The notes under the pieces are model-generated. The model ran no database searches, had not been told where the DNA came from, and saw only the letters and a list, made by a program, of their open reading frames with translations. From Octopus bimaculoides (taxonomy: Eukaryota), in NCBI RefSeq assembly GCF_001194135.2, contig NC_068981.1, positions 32,155,735-32,219,734 on the forward strand: 64,000 bases of DNA, read 5' to 3'. Positions 26,210-38,583 of the stretch are shown one piece after another; the first letter of the stretch is position 1, and each line of letters starts with the position of its first letter. Made by a program: the position numbers and the translations under genes.

Positions 26210-27596
26210 GCTGCCACGTTACTTTGACTTGAACAGTGAATACTAAAAACTGCAAATTCGAATTTTATATTTTGTGTATGTAGCTTTTTCTATCTTATTT
26301 ATTGAAATACTCAGTAAAAATCTGTTCATAGTCAGTCTCTCTTTAGACAGTTAAACGAAGTACTATATTTATATTGGAACTATAACAGGTTTCAAACTGA
26401 TGTGGCTAATCCCACTTTTTTATTATTTTTGTTTTTGATCACAAACATTCGCCATATAAAAATAACTTCGTTACTCCTGTATATAACATACAGTTTCTTT
26501 TACATATATTCAATATAACATTATCGTTTTATAACAAAGCGTTGTTAATGCACCAGTATATTTTTCTAATCAAACGAGCTATCAAGAGTGTTCTCAATAT
26601 ATGAATCGATCATTTATCTTATTTATTTCGATATGAATCAACTGCAATACTAAGTAGTCTTTTACTTACTTTATCAATGATGATAGACGAAATCACTCCT
26701 GGTCTGATTTGAACTCGTGTTATCAAACAAAATCTCTGAAAACAAATGTCAGATATCTTGTTCGATGTTTCAACGATTCAGTCACAGGACCGATTTTTAC
26801 AATTAGGTGATCTACTCCTTTTTATTCTATTAATCTTTTTCTGCAATTCCAATGATCTGCGAATCTTCCTACTTTCAGCAGGAATATTAATCTAAAATAT
26901 ATTTTTCTGTTTGGTTTCGGTACGCATTAACAGTTCTTAGTAATCTCTATTTTCTAAACTAAATGTACGTTTTTATCACCCAGTTCTTTACAATATAATG
27001 CTTGTTACACCTAACGGCTGATTTTATATATAATATTCTAACTACTACATCAAAACCTTATTATTATACTTTTTGTGCTTCCATATATCTTTGTGAGTTT
27101 TGTTTTACTTTCGTTTCTGATGCAATTTGTTTTCAGCTTTCCCAAGGAAAATTGTTATTCCCCAGGTGTAAATATATAATGCTTGTACTAAAAAACTTTT
27201 TTAGTTCAATCTATTTAGTGCCTCGATAAACTGTATTGGCTGCCAAGTTGTTCTTAAGAAATATTAGCTTCCCAGTAGCAAACTTCGCGGAAAATTTACT
27301 ATATAACCGAAAATATGATTGAGAGTTTCCCTTTGTATCGTTTCTTTCTCATTCGGCAAACCGATATTGCTAGTCTTTTTGTCTCTGCTTGAATCAAGTG
27401 TATTTCTTATTTCTTTTGAAATGAGTATTATATCAGATTAACATATCTTATTATTCCCAAAACACACATTATGGAAGTTCATGAATTGCCCGCTTTTTAA
27501 CGAAACATGAGCGACATAAGTAAAAGGAAATTCTTCCTACTGGGAAGCAAATTTGGTTCTCTGAATATCCACTTCAATGTTTGATTCCAAGCATAC

Positions 27597-27669
27597 GATG
27601 ATAATAATAATAATAATAATATTAATAATAATAATAATAATAATGATAATAATAATAATAATAATAATA

Positions 27670-27716
<47 letters not shown>
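27597..27716. repeat. (AAT)n-(GAT)n compound microsatellite
   Basis: Direct reading. Further (AAT)n at 27931-28008 and (AAT)n/(GAT)n at about 31033-31245. Confidence 0.97.
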
Positions 27717-27718
27717 AA

Positions 27719-27929
27719 TCTTGTCTATTAAGGCACAGAAGGCCTGAAATTGGTGGGGGGACTAGTCGATTACATCAACCCCAGTTTTTCAGTGGTACTT
27801 AATTTATCGACCCGGAAAGGAGGAAAGGCAAAGTCGACTTAGGCGGAATTTGAACTCAGAACATAAAGAAGGACGAAATGCTGCTAAGCATTTCGCTCGG
27901 CGTGCTAACGATTTTGCCAGCTCACCGCC

Positions 27930-27931
<2 letters not shown>
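27719..27931 (-). mobile_element. tRNA-headed SINE (family B)
   Basis: Minus strand GGCGGTGAGCTGGCAAAATCGTTAGCACGCCG...GAGTTCAAATTCCGCC; homologous to the 15861 and 51254 copies. Confidence 0.9.
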
Positions 27932-27984
<53 letters not shown>

Positions 27985-28008
27985 TAATAATAATAATAAT
28001 AATAATAA

Positions 28009-30195
28009 AGTCAAAGGTTTTGGAGTGACATCTGAACCAAAGAAGAAGAGCAGAGGAAGGATGCTGAATGGTTCCAAGAACTGAAACAAACAATAGTCTG
28101 TCCAAAACAGGCTGAAGTAGTCAGGCAGAACTAGTCATTTAAGGGAAATGAAGGAAATCAGCAAATAATTGAGCAAATGAAAGGCCCCGGGTCCAAATGG
28201 AGTTCAAGGCTACTCAATCAAAAGATTTGTTGAATGTAATGCACGAATAGCTGCGCAACTCAACCCCTTATTAAATGCTGACCTAGTAATACCAGAGTGG
28301 TTGACATTGGGTAGGACAGTGCTGTGCCAGAAAAAAACATCGAAAAGGGCAATACGGTAGACAAATACAGGCCGATATCCTGTTTGCCTCTTATGTGGAG
28401 GTTATTGACTGGCATAGTTGCAGAGTCAATGTACGAACATCTGGGGAAAAATGGAGTCCTGCAACATGAGCAGAAGGGTTGCAAGCGTAAATGCAGAGGT
28501 ACCAAGAACCAACTCCTGATAAACAAAACTCTACTTCGAGACTTCAAGCGGAGGAAAAGTAATTTAGCCATGTCATGGATAGACTATCGTAAGGCGTACG
28601 ATATGATACCACATTCTTGGACTATGAAGTGTATCAACCTATTTGGTATTGCATCGAATTTTGAGCGATTGCTTGGAAAAAGTATGGCGAATTTGAGGAC
28701 GGACCTGACAGCATACGGAAGAAGTTTAGGGACAGTAAAAATTAGGAGGGGCATCTTCCAAAGGGACGGCCTGTTCCCGCTGATCTCTGTACTGTGATTG
28801 TTACCACTAACACTGATTCTGAGGAAAGCAAAAGCAGGGCATGTTTTCAATAGCCGCCAAGAAAAAGTCAACCATTTGTTATTCATGGATGACCTCAAAC
28901 TTTATGGTAAAGCTGAAGCCCAAGTCAGTTCCCTCGTTGATACGGTGTATACCTTCAGTGCTGATATCAGAAGTATGATGTATTAGACTTGAAGAGAGGC
29001 AAAATAAAATGTATGAACGAACTAACGATACCGTCGGGGGAGGTTATGAAACATATAGAAGAGATGGCCTATAAGTACTTGGGGATTTTAGAAATGGATA
29101 AATTGAGGGGGAATGAAATTACAGAAAAATTTAAGGTGGAATACTTGCGCGGACTGAGACTGGTCCTTAAGTCGAAATTAAACGGACGGAATAAGAACGA
29201 AGCTATCAACACCTGGGTGGTTTCATTCCTTAGATATGGAGCAGGGGTAATCGCATGGACAGTAGACGAACTAAACAAATTAGACAGAAAGACAAGGAAG
29301 TTGCTAACTAGATATCGAACACTCCATCCCAAAAGTAATAGACAGACTGTATGTACCAAAAAGAAGAGGGGGAAGTGGACTTACTGGACGCGAATACAGC
29401 ATTAGAGCAGAAGAAAACAACATAGCATGGTATGTAAAAAAAAATGCCACAGAACCGCTATTACTAGAATTAAGAAGGTCAGGCTTGTGTAGGTTGAAAG
29501 CAAGAAATTGGACACGAATGAAACTGAAAATAGGTCGATAAAGAAAAGAATGCATGGTCAATTTCATAGGGATGTTGAGGATAAGACAGACAGAGAAAAA
29601 AGATGGCTGTCGATGACTAAATGTGATTTAAAACCGGAAACGAAGGCTCTAATCTGTACTGCCCAAGAGCAAGCATTAAGTACAAACCACATAAAATACA
29701 AAACAGACAAAGCAGCAGAAAGTGATAAGTGCAGAATCTGTGTAAAAAACGGTGAAACCGTATGGCATATTACCAGCCAATGTACGCCACTTGCACAGAA
29801 GGAATATAAGAGACGCTACAACAATATAACCAGGCTTGTCAATTGGACGCTTTGAAACAAGTATGGACTTGACAGAGCAAAACATAGGTACGACCACAAA
29901 CCTGAAGGCATCGTCGAAAATGGAAATGCAAAGATGCTATGGGATTTTATGATTCAGTGCGGACATGAGATAGAGAATAGGAAGCCGGACATAGTCTTCA
30001 TTGAGAAAGAAAACAAACTATGTTGGATCATAGATATAGCATGCCCAACTGAAAACAACGTATACGATAAGGAAGGAAGAAAAGTTGATAGATATGGCAG
30101 GTTAGCTTGGGAAGTAAAGTAGCTGTGGTCGATGAAAAAGGTAGCAGTAGTACCAATAATTGTCGGAGCCCTGGGAACAGTGAGTGAAATTCTCT
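28009..30195 (+). mobile_element. R4/Dong-clade non-LTR retrotransposon, 5'-truncated, frameshifted (RT + CCHC + REL endonuclease)
   Basis: [59 protein letters not shown]...ETVWHITSQC..LA (CCHC), KPDIVFIEKENKLCWIIDIACP (PD..D REL), PIIVGALGTV. Confidence 0.92.
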
Positions 30196-30196
30196 A

Positions 30197-31032
30197 CTAT
30201 CGTAAGGCATATGATATGATTCCGCAAACTTGGATTATGGAATGTATGAACCTATTTAGTATTGCATCGAATGTTGAACAATTTCTTGGGAAAAGTATGG
30301 CGAAGTGGTGGACGGATCTGACAGCATATGGAAGAAGTCTGGGGACAATAGAAATCAGGAGGGGCATCTTCCAAGGGGACTGCCTATCCCCAATGATCTT
30401 TGTACAGTGCATGATACCACTAACACTGATTCTGAGGAAAGCAAAAGCTGGGTATGTATTCAATAGCCGCCAAGAAACAGTCAACCAACTGTTATTCATG
30501 GATGACCTCAAACTTTATGCTAAAGATGAATCCCAAGTCAGAAAGACCACGAATTTGCTGAATAAATACGGGATACACCGCCCAAAAAGTAACACAGACT
30601 GACAGTACGTACCAAGAAGAAGAGGGGGAAGAGGACTTATTGGATGCGAACACAGCATTAGAGCAACATAGGTATGTAAAAATACCACAGAACTGCTATT
30701 ACTAGAAGTAAGGTCAGGCTTGTGTAGTATGGACGATTGCAAAGATAAAAATATTGTAGAAGCACTTGAGAATGAATGAAACTGAAAATAGGTGGATAAA
30801 GAAGAGAACGCACATTCTATTTCATTGGGATGTTGAAGATAAGACAGACAGTGAAGTACGTAGAAAAAATAGGGGCTGTAATATGGGTGGAACACTTGCA
30901 GAAAACAACACGGCTTTGAACCGACCGAATACTTCGGAAAGTGCTCGAAAAATAAGAGATGTTACCTTCGTTCACTGGTAGTGAAGAGCTGACGCCGTAG
31001 TAAATATCCAGCGTTAGAAGCTGTGCAAAGGC
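30197..31032 (+). mobile_element. second, diverged R4/Dong-like segment with internal deletions, ending in the family 3' UTR and (AAT)n
   Basis: Restarts at YRKAYDMIP...GIFQGDCLSP...LFMDDLKLY (visually about 80-85% identical to 28582-28928), jumps at about 30541 and about 30851, and ends RILRKVLEK* + UTR + (AAT)n. Confidence 0.88.
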
Positions 31033-31057
31033 AATAACAATAATAATAATAGTAGTA

Positions 31058-31124
<67 letters not shown>

Positions 31125-31141
31125 TGATGATGATGATGATT

Positions 31142-31183
<42 letters not shown>

Positions 31184-32494
31184 TAGAGGAGGAGGAGGGT
31201 AGTGGTGGTGACGATGAGAAGGATGATGATGATGATGATGATGATCTAACCATTCACAACACGTCCAAAGCCTTATCAACAACGTAAAAGAAGATTACGT
31301 AACATGATATTTACAACCGGGAATAGAAAATCGATTGCAATTTCAATTGGATATTATTCAACCGAATTAATTAGTGCTCTAATAATATGAGTATTTTATT
31401 TCAATTCACTTATGAGTTTTTAAATATTACATCTACGAAGGAGTTACTATCTTTAATGTTTCTAGAAAAAAAATCGTGTTTAGTTTCATTTTGAGATCAG
31501 ATCTTAGTTTCAGTAAGTTATACTTCCGATCCCAAAAGTTCCCCGTTTTATATTAGAAAGATTAGCATTCAGTCGCTTGACCCTTTTAAATTTCTTACTT
31601 TTAGGAAGTCGAACTTCCGAAGATGATTTGAATTTTTGATTTTTGTCGCTGGTTCTGTGCTCTGGTCATAATATATATTATGAAGCTCCAGCTTAAAGCG
31701 CGCCGAGTAAACTACCATGCAGTATTCCGGCGCTTATGTTCTGAGCTAGATCAAATTATGTTGTTGACTTCCATCCTTTCCGATGCCGACAACAAAAGTA
31801 CCGGCGGAATACGTGAGATATGTATATAATCGACTTCCCCTTCCCTTAAAATTGCTGGGCTTAATTTAAAATCTGAAGATTTTGTATGTTCGACCACGTA
31901 AACCATCACCGAAGTTATTGAACCTATCTCCAGTAAGTAACGTGGACAGTCAATAATGTACGTATGTTTTGTTACATTTACTTTTCTTAGGTGTATTAAT
32001 ATTGTTGGTTCCTCCAAGAAAACTTAACTTCAAGTCTCTCCCTATCATTCCCCAGTTCTACACTAACAATCCTCAAAATTGACAGAATCTCTAAGAATTC
32101 AACTTTACTCAGCATGAGCGGTAAACAAAGGTAAACATAACTGAAAAACGTCGCTATCACCAGCAACGATAACTTTCTATTTCTAGCATATAGAGACAGA
32201 GCAAATATAAACGCACACGCATGTACATGCATAGGAAGAAGTCATAAATAGATAAATAAAGTTGAAAGACAAAATAATATATTTATATATTCGATGGGGT
32301 TATTCAGAGACAGCTCTTTGTAATTTTATTTAATTTCATTTTACACTCTTCTTACTTTCACATGAGCTTTTTTCCCATTCTATTTGACGTTCAAAACTAA
32401 TTAGTTCGGTGAAGTCGATCGCAATACTGTTTGTTCTTTCTGTTTTTTTTTTTTTTAAATATACACCATTCGTTTAGTTTCTGTGATTTTTCAG

Positions 32495-32548
32495 TAGATA
32501 ATGCAAATAATCAATGCAGAAGTTGCTGGAAATATATACCGTGGATAG
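32495..32548 (+). other. candidate 54-nt internal exon (unassigned)
   Basis: Acceptor GATTTTTCAG, donor ATAG|GTAAGT, open phase-1/1 frame DNANNQCRSCWKYIPWI. No homology recognised. Confidence 0.3.
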
Positions 32549-33229
32549 GTAAGTTCATGGAAAAGGCGCCAAAATGGCCTCACTTTTGTTGGAGTCATCA
32601 AAAATAATTGATCTATTTAGACATTGCAGATCAAAACATGAGATAGAAGTATTTGTCTTTTCAAATGCCATCCATCAAGTTAAAATTAAAAATTTAATAC
32701 TGACACTTATATCGGGCAGCGCTTACATTTAATTACTGTACAAACACACACCAACACCGACAGATATACAATACACATACATAAACCCATGCACATACAT
32801 ACATCATGTGTACACAACAATCAGGCTCTCCGGGATTCTACATAAAATTACACACAAAAAACATTTCAGAAAATAGCAGAATCTAAAACTCTGAAATGAA
32901 AAGAAACATAGAGACAACACCAGTTATGTAGTATATGAGAAGAAAAATTAAATGACTCATTTTCATATGCATCCAAAATTAAATGGAAGTTAATTTACCT
33001 AGTTGGAATGTAGGCTAAGTATATGGCGTCAAATGTTTAGAAAAGTTCTAGTTAATTATTTTACGAAAATAAACCTAATTATCAATTCATATGTGTTCAT
33101 TTATTTTTAGGTTTGCTTATAAGAGGAATGCACATATAGCTATATGTATGTGTGTATTATACACACATATATACAAATGAACTTACACACACATGAATTC
33201 GGCTATATATACACACACATATGCATATA

Positions 33230-33269
<40 letters not shown>

Positions 33270-33940
33270 NNNNNNNNNNNNNNNNNNNNNNNNNNNNNNN
33301 NNNNNNNNNNNNNNNNNNNNNNNNNNNNCACACACACACACACACACACAAACACACACATATATATATACATACATTCATACATATGAGCGTAGTGTGC
33401 ATACTTCGGTTCACTGGCAAGAACTCACGTAATGAGGTTGAGCAATTTCTTCAGATATTAATATGTGGGGGGGGGGATGAGGCTTGCGTGGGGGCTTGTG
33501 TGTGTGCGCCCGCGTGTGTCTGTGCATGTGTGTGGTGGTGAAATAAAAAAAAACGCGTAGCTGATATAGAAAAAAAAACAGAACTGTGTATTGGAAAAAT
33601 AGAAAGGAAAGTATTTGTTTCAAGTATACGTTTTTCTAATGAAAAAATAGACGAGAAGAGTAAAAAAGTGGAGAGAGAAAAGAACAAATGTGCTTCAATT
33701 GGACTGTCACCATATGTAGAAATGATCAGATGTAGAAGAGTCTACTAGTAGCGTTAATTCCAAGAGAGACAGCTATGAATTTGGGCGGGGGGTGTATCCG
33801 CGTGTGTATCACGCTGACGATTCTCCTTTTCTATTAATGTTTCATATTATACATACATACAAACATAAATACATACATGCATAAATATATGCGTATATAT
33901 GTCATTGTTCAGTTTTATTTCAAGATTTCTTACCAATACA

Positions 33941-34005
33941 GAAAGAGCCGGTTTCTAACCTAGATTCAAGGCGCTTTAATTAGAATTTCAACATCAACAA
34001 CTAGG
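33941..34005. repeat. unclassified short interspersed repeat (GAGCCGGTTTC...CAAGG...GAATTTC(A/G)ACATCAACAAC)
   Basis: Further copies at 41961-42025 and (partial) 42078-42116. Confidence 0.7.
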
Positions 34006-34090
34006 TATTTTTGTATATATGTATATGTGCAAATTTGTATATTTTGTTTCACGTATGTATGCATTCTCATGCATATACTTACATATCCAG

Positions 34091-34150
34091 ACGCTAAGTT
34101 AAGGGGACGTAAACACAGTAGCACGGGATGTCAAGCAGTGGTGGGGGCGG
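34091..34150 (-). mobile_element. SINE family A internal fragment
   Basis: CGCTAAGTTAAGGGGACGTAAACACA...GTCAAGCAGTGGTGGGG matches the 4140 and 37832 copies. Confidence 0.7.
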
Positions 34151-34164
34151 TAAAAAGCAAGAGA

Positions 34165-35062
34165 CAGCCCAAATCTATGAAAAGTCTCCTAACACAAGCC
34201 CGAATACATTCAACAACACTGAAGCCGTCAGTAAAAAATGCGGAACACCCAACTCTGGGATATGCGTTAATTTAACTGAGGGATCAGAGCTCTTCTTCAA
34301 ACAGGGACAACATTTCACAGTGAAAAGCAGCTTCACATGTGCTTCGGAGAACCTGATATACGCACTAACCTGCTCTGGTTATCATGAGCAATACATAGAC
34401 CAAACAAAAACAGCGTACATCAAAGTATAGCTCTGCACAGATCCCAGATCAAAATTCAAAAGAAACCCCAGAAAAATAGCATTCAGCCAACACATCGACA
34501 TTTGCGCCAATGACAAAAATCCAAGCTTCAGAATTTTTCCGCTCTATCAATTCAGGGCCGATACAACCTGAAACCAACAAATTAGTGAAGTGTCTTTCTT
34601 TATCACAAAATACAGACCCCTTTTGAACGCAATTACAACAAATGACATATCCTCCACGCCCTTGGAATAACACATACGGAACAATTGAAAACGATACATG
34701 CAAAAGAGATACGCAAGAATTCATTAAAAACAGTCCCAATCACTACTATAATCCACAATGAGCCAATTTTAGGTCACTTCACCATTTTACATCCAACTAC
34801 TATCATACCATCACCCATTCTTTTATTATTCTTTCTCTTTTTGTCCTTCTCCTTCTACTCCTTCGTCTTCTTCTTCCTCTCCTCTATCTTCCTTACTTTA
34901 TTACTACTGTTGTTTAGAATAACACCTGCGGAAAATATTATAAACAATACCTTCAAAAGAGATATCTCAAGAATTCAATCACTACTGCCATCTACAATAA
35001 GTCACTTTCAGGGCACTTAACCATTTAACATCCTACTACTGTCATAGCACTCACGCATTCTT
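34165..35062 (+). mobile_element. Penelope-like element 3' end: GIY-YIG endonuclease plus tandemly repeated 3' region
   Basis: KCGTPNSGIC...SFTCASENLIYALTCSGYHEQYIDQTK...FSQHIDICA...FRIFPLYQF...FFITKYRPLLN (34165-34632, two stops), followed by two diverged copies of a ~150-bp unit. Confidence 0.85.
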
Positions 35063-35628
35063 CTTCTTCTTCTTCTTCTGCTTGAGCTCGGACCCACAAG
35101 AGTAAACTAGAGAGACAGAGACTGGCAGGAACAAGGAAAATGCTCTTTATATTTGAATACTATGCAAATATTCTTTTAAAAAACTTTTCATTTAATTTTT
35201 CCAAAATTCCATTGTTTTCCATACTTACAGTTGAATAAGTGTCAATGACCGAAACAAATGCTTGAAATGTGTTTTATTAATTTATTTTAGCATTTTCNNN
35301 NNNNNNNNNNNNNNNNNNNNNNNNNNNNNNNNNNNNNNNNNNNNNNNNNNNNNNNNNNNNNNNNNNNNNNNNNNNNNNNNNNNNNNNNNNNNNNNNNNNN
35401 NNNNNNNNNNNNNNNNNNNNNNNNNNNNNNNNNNNNNNNNNNNNNNNNNNNNNNNNNNNNNNNNNNNNNNNNNNNNNNNNNNNNNNNNNNNNNNNNNNNN
35501 NNNNNNNNNNNNNNNNNNNNNNNNNNNNNNNNNNNNNNNNNNNNNNNNNNNNNNNNNNNNNNNNNNNNNNNNNNNNNNNNNNNNNNNNNNNNNNNNNNNN
35601 NNNNNNNNNNNNNNNNNNNNNNNNNNNN

Positions 35629-35660
<32 letters not shown>

Positions 35661-36854
35661 GTGCATTATATTATGTAACTTATCCGTAATGTTTTAATTT
35701 CATAGCGGCATTTAAATGTCTTATAATAAATACAAATATATAAAATTTCTATGATTCACACCATGAGATGGAATTAGAAGTAGAAATATTAAAATGCGTT
35801 ACACTTTCATAAACTGAGTTTCCTTTTGGCAATGGTATGAACATAACACATAGTCTTTAGATGCATTTTCTCTGTGAAAACGAAAAAGAAATATATTATC
35901 AAGAATCATTTATCATTAAAATTATCAAATTTTCAGAATCAATAATATTTTAAAAAATTGAGTTCCGAGAGATAAGCGAAAACACTTGATTATTTGAGAT
36001 CTTGATAGCGATGTTACGCATTATCGCTATGGTATTTTTTTTTACATCTACAGCCGTAAGGGAAATGCCAAGACAACTGCTTATCAAAACCTTATAATTT
36101 GCCGCTAGTATTAACCATGTGCCCGAAAGCGTAAAGTTAAACAAGTTTATTCAATTAAATCACTTAATGAAATGTGAAAAAAACACTACTTATAACTTCA
36201 TTAAAAATGATAATCATAAATATCAATGTTTTCTCTTCTCTGAAGCTTTCTTGAAAGTTTTTACCATGCATTTACCTGCTTTTAATATAATGATCATTAA
36301 AATATAGTCATGGATTTCAAAAACATAAATGTAGACTAAAACTGCATAATAATGTAATTGTGTTATTAAAGCCATTTATCTAGAGAGAGACAGGATTTTA
36401 AACTGTTGTGTGTGCGAAACTTGTAGTCTTATTCAAATGACTCGATCTCTATATACAAGCGATTATTGCTAACAGATTTATAGCTCTTTAATATGGAGAA
36501 GAAAATATAATTCCTTAAAATCGACTGTTGTTTCTATTGCTTAGCTTTTTGGCATATATAGCAAACAGTATTAGAAACTAGACTGTGAATACAGTCCACA
36601 AGAGAATTGTATCTATATTTCACAACACATTAAAGTCATCTGGATTGCTAACACAGACTCAGGGAATTGCATGAATTGAAAAGACTTAGTGATTTCGGCT
36701 TTTTAAAAATAGAATATATTGGAGGAGGACCTATATCTTCTGTTTCTTATAAGTCGTAAGTTAACTAAGAGGAAAAACAAAACGAAATCGATAAGTCGTT
36801 TTAATTCAATGCTGATTTTTTACGTCTTTATAAGAAACACTATATATATATATA

Positions 36855-37046
36855 TTAAGGGTATCGCGAAAGATATGGTTGGAGGCCCAAAATTCCGAGT
36901 TCTTTTATATGGCTTAAAACAACTGAAAGACTGCAGCAATAAGTGTGTGAAGCTGAGAGGGGAATAAGTTGAATAAAATCACATTTAATTCGTCATCCAG
37001 CATTTTCTTTTACAGAAACCCAGGAAAGTTTCAGCACTCCCTCGTA
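36855..37046 (+). mobile_element. mariner-derived MITE, left TIR lost
   Basis: Internal sequence homologous to 53085-53299 (reverse) and 59325-59539; ends GAAAGTTTCAGCACTCCCTCG|TA. Confidence 0.8.
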
Positions 37047-37047
37047 T

Positions 37048-37079
<32 letters not shown>

Positions 37080-37164
37080 GCACACACACACACAAGGGAG
37101 AAATAAAAAATAAACAAATAAACAGCGTTCAAAAAAGAAAGGTGAGCACTGATTAGAAAAGGAA

Positions 37165-37810
37165 ATATGAGCCTTTGTTTAAAATAAGATGGAAAAGGCT
37201 CTAATCCATGGAACGAGGTAATTTCTGGATCTCTTCCGATATTATACAACGAGACACATCCACTATTGCCTGCCACAATTCAACGTTGCTTCTTATTTGG
37301 CGTTTATTCTCGTAAACTCGTCGCTTCACAAGTTTTCTTGTGGGTTTAAGTTGGGGGAACAGGCAGGCCACTTCATCTTCCGAGGTCCACAGAAGCCTAA
37401 TTGTTCTAGATACTCAGTAGATTCTTTCGCTGAATGCGCGGACGCATTATCTTGCATGAATATTATGGTTGCCTCGAATGTGATCCTTTGCTCTTTTGAC
37501 CAAGGTTCAAGCTGCTCCCCCAGAAAGGCTATGTAAGCAGCCGCAGTCATTTTAACTCCGTCAGGCACTTTCCAAGGACCAACCATAATATCTCCAATAA
37601 TACCTGCACAAATCATGATGTTTCCCAACCTACCTCGTAGGCATCTTAAGTGTTAATGGCTGTCTCGTCCATTTACAAACCATCCCTTGCTCCGACCATC
37701 AGGTCTATCAAGGATAACACGAGTTTCATCCGTAAACAAAACGTTTGAAAATTTCCAAACATTTAGTTTATGTCTGTTCCAAGAAACTTTTCGTTCCTTA
37801 TCAATGGATA
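37165..37810 (-). mobile_element. Tc1-family DD34E transposase catalytic-domain fragment
   Basis: NVLFTDETR (D1), IMICAGI, IFMQDNASAH (D2), WPACSPNLNPQENL (E), then ELWQAI...IQKL..SM; frameshifted. Confidence 0.9.
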
Positions 37811-37831
37811 TCAACTCTCACGAATATTATT

Positions 37832-38034
37832 CTTTTATTCTTTTATTGGTTTCAGTCATTTGACTGTGGCCATGATGGAGCGCCGCCTTTAGTCGAACAC
37901 ATCAACCCCAGGACTTATTCTTTGTAAGCCGAGTTCTTATTCTATCGGTCTGTTTGTTGAACCGCTAAGTTACGGAGACGTAAACACACCAACAAGTGAT
38001 GGTGAGGAGACAAACACAGACAGACACACACACG
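37832..38034 (-). mobile_element. SINE 3' half (family A)
   Basis: Homologous to 4140-4360 along its length. Confidence 0.85.
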
Positions 38035-38454
38035 ACAGTTTCCATATTTTAGGAAGTTAACAGTTATAGCCTGCCATAGGGTGACATTGATTTCGCATGT
38101 GTAAAGCGTTTAGCAGTACAGGCGACTCATCCAACTCAAATAGCCGAAGGTGCATAACCTCTCTACGGCTGGAGGAAGAAATACGTAACAGTCAGTTTGT
38201 TTGTATACAAAAATAGTTGTCCGTGCTGCAGGTTGGACGAGGTTATCTCCCTAGCATCGGCTTCCGCTGTGATGATATTGGAAGGGGCTACGGCGGATTT
38301 CTTCAACCACTAGGGATTTCCATGTTTGTAGTGGGAAACGTTTTAGATGAGGTCACTGACTGAATAATCTTTTCAGGGTTTTAAAAGGTTCTCGAGTCGA
38401 GCGAGTTTGTTAGGATTCTTGCTCTTTCTGTCAAGCAAAGCTTACATCGTTTGC

Positions 38455-38583
38455 TCTCCTTTATATTAGGGTCCGGTTTTACAAGGTGCTTTAATTTAAT
38501 TATGCATGGGATTCTTTTTCTCCCGTTTATATTAGGCCCCGGTTGTTCAAGGTGCTTTAATTTGATTATGTATGGGATTCTTT
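38455..38583. repeat. ~64-bp diverged tandem duplication
   Basis: TCTCC..TTATATTAGG..CCGGTT...CAAGGTGCTTTAATTT.ATTATG.ATGGGATTCTTT occurs twice (38455, 38519). Confidence 0.85.
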
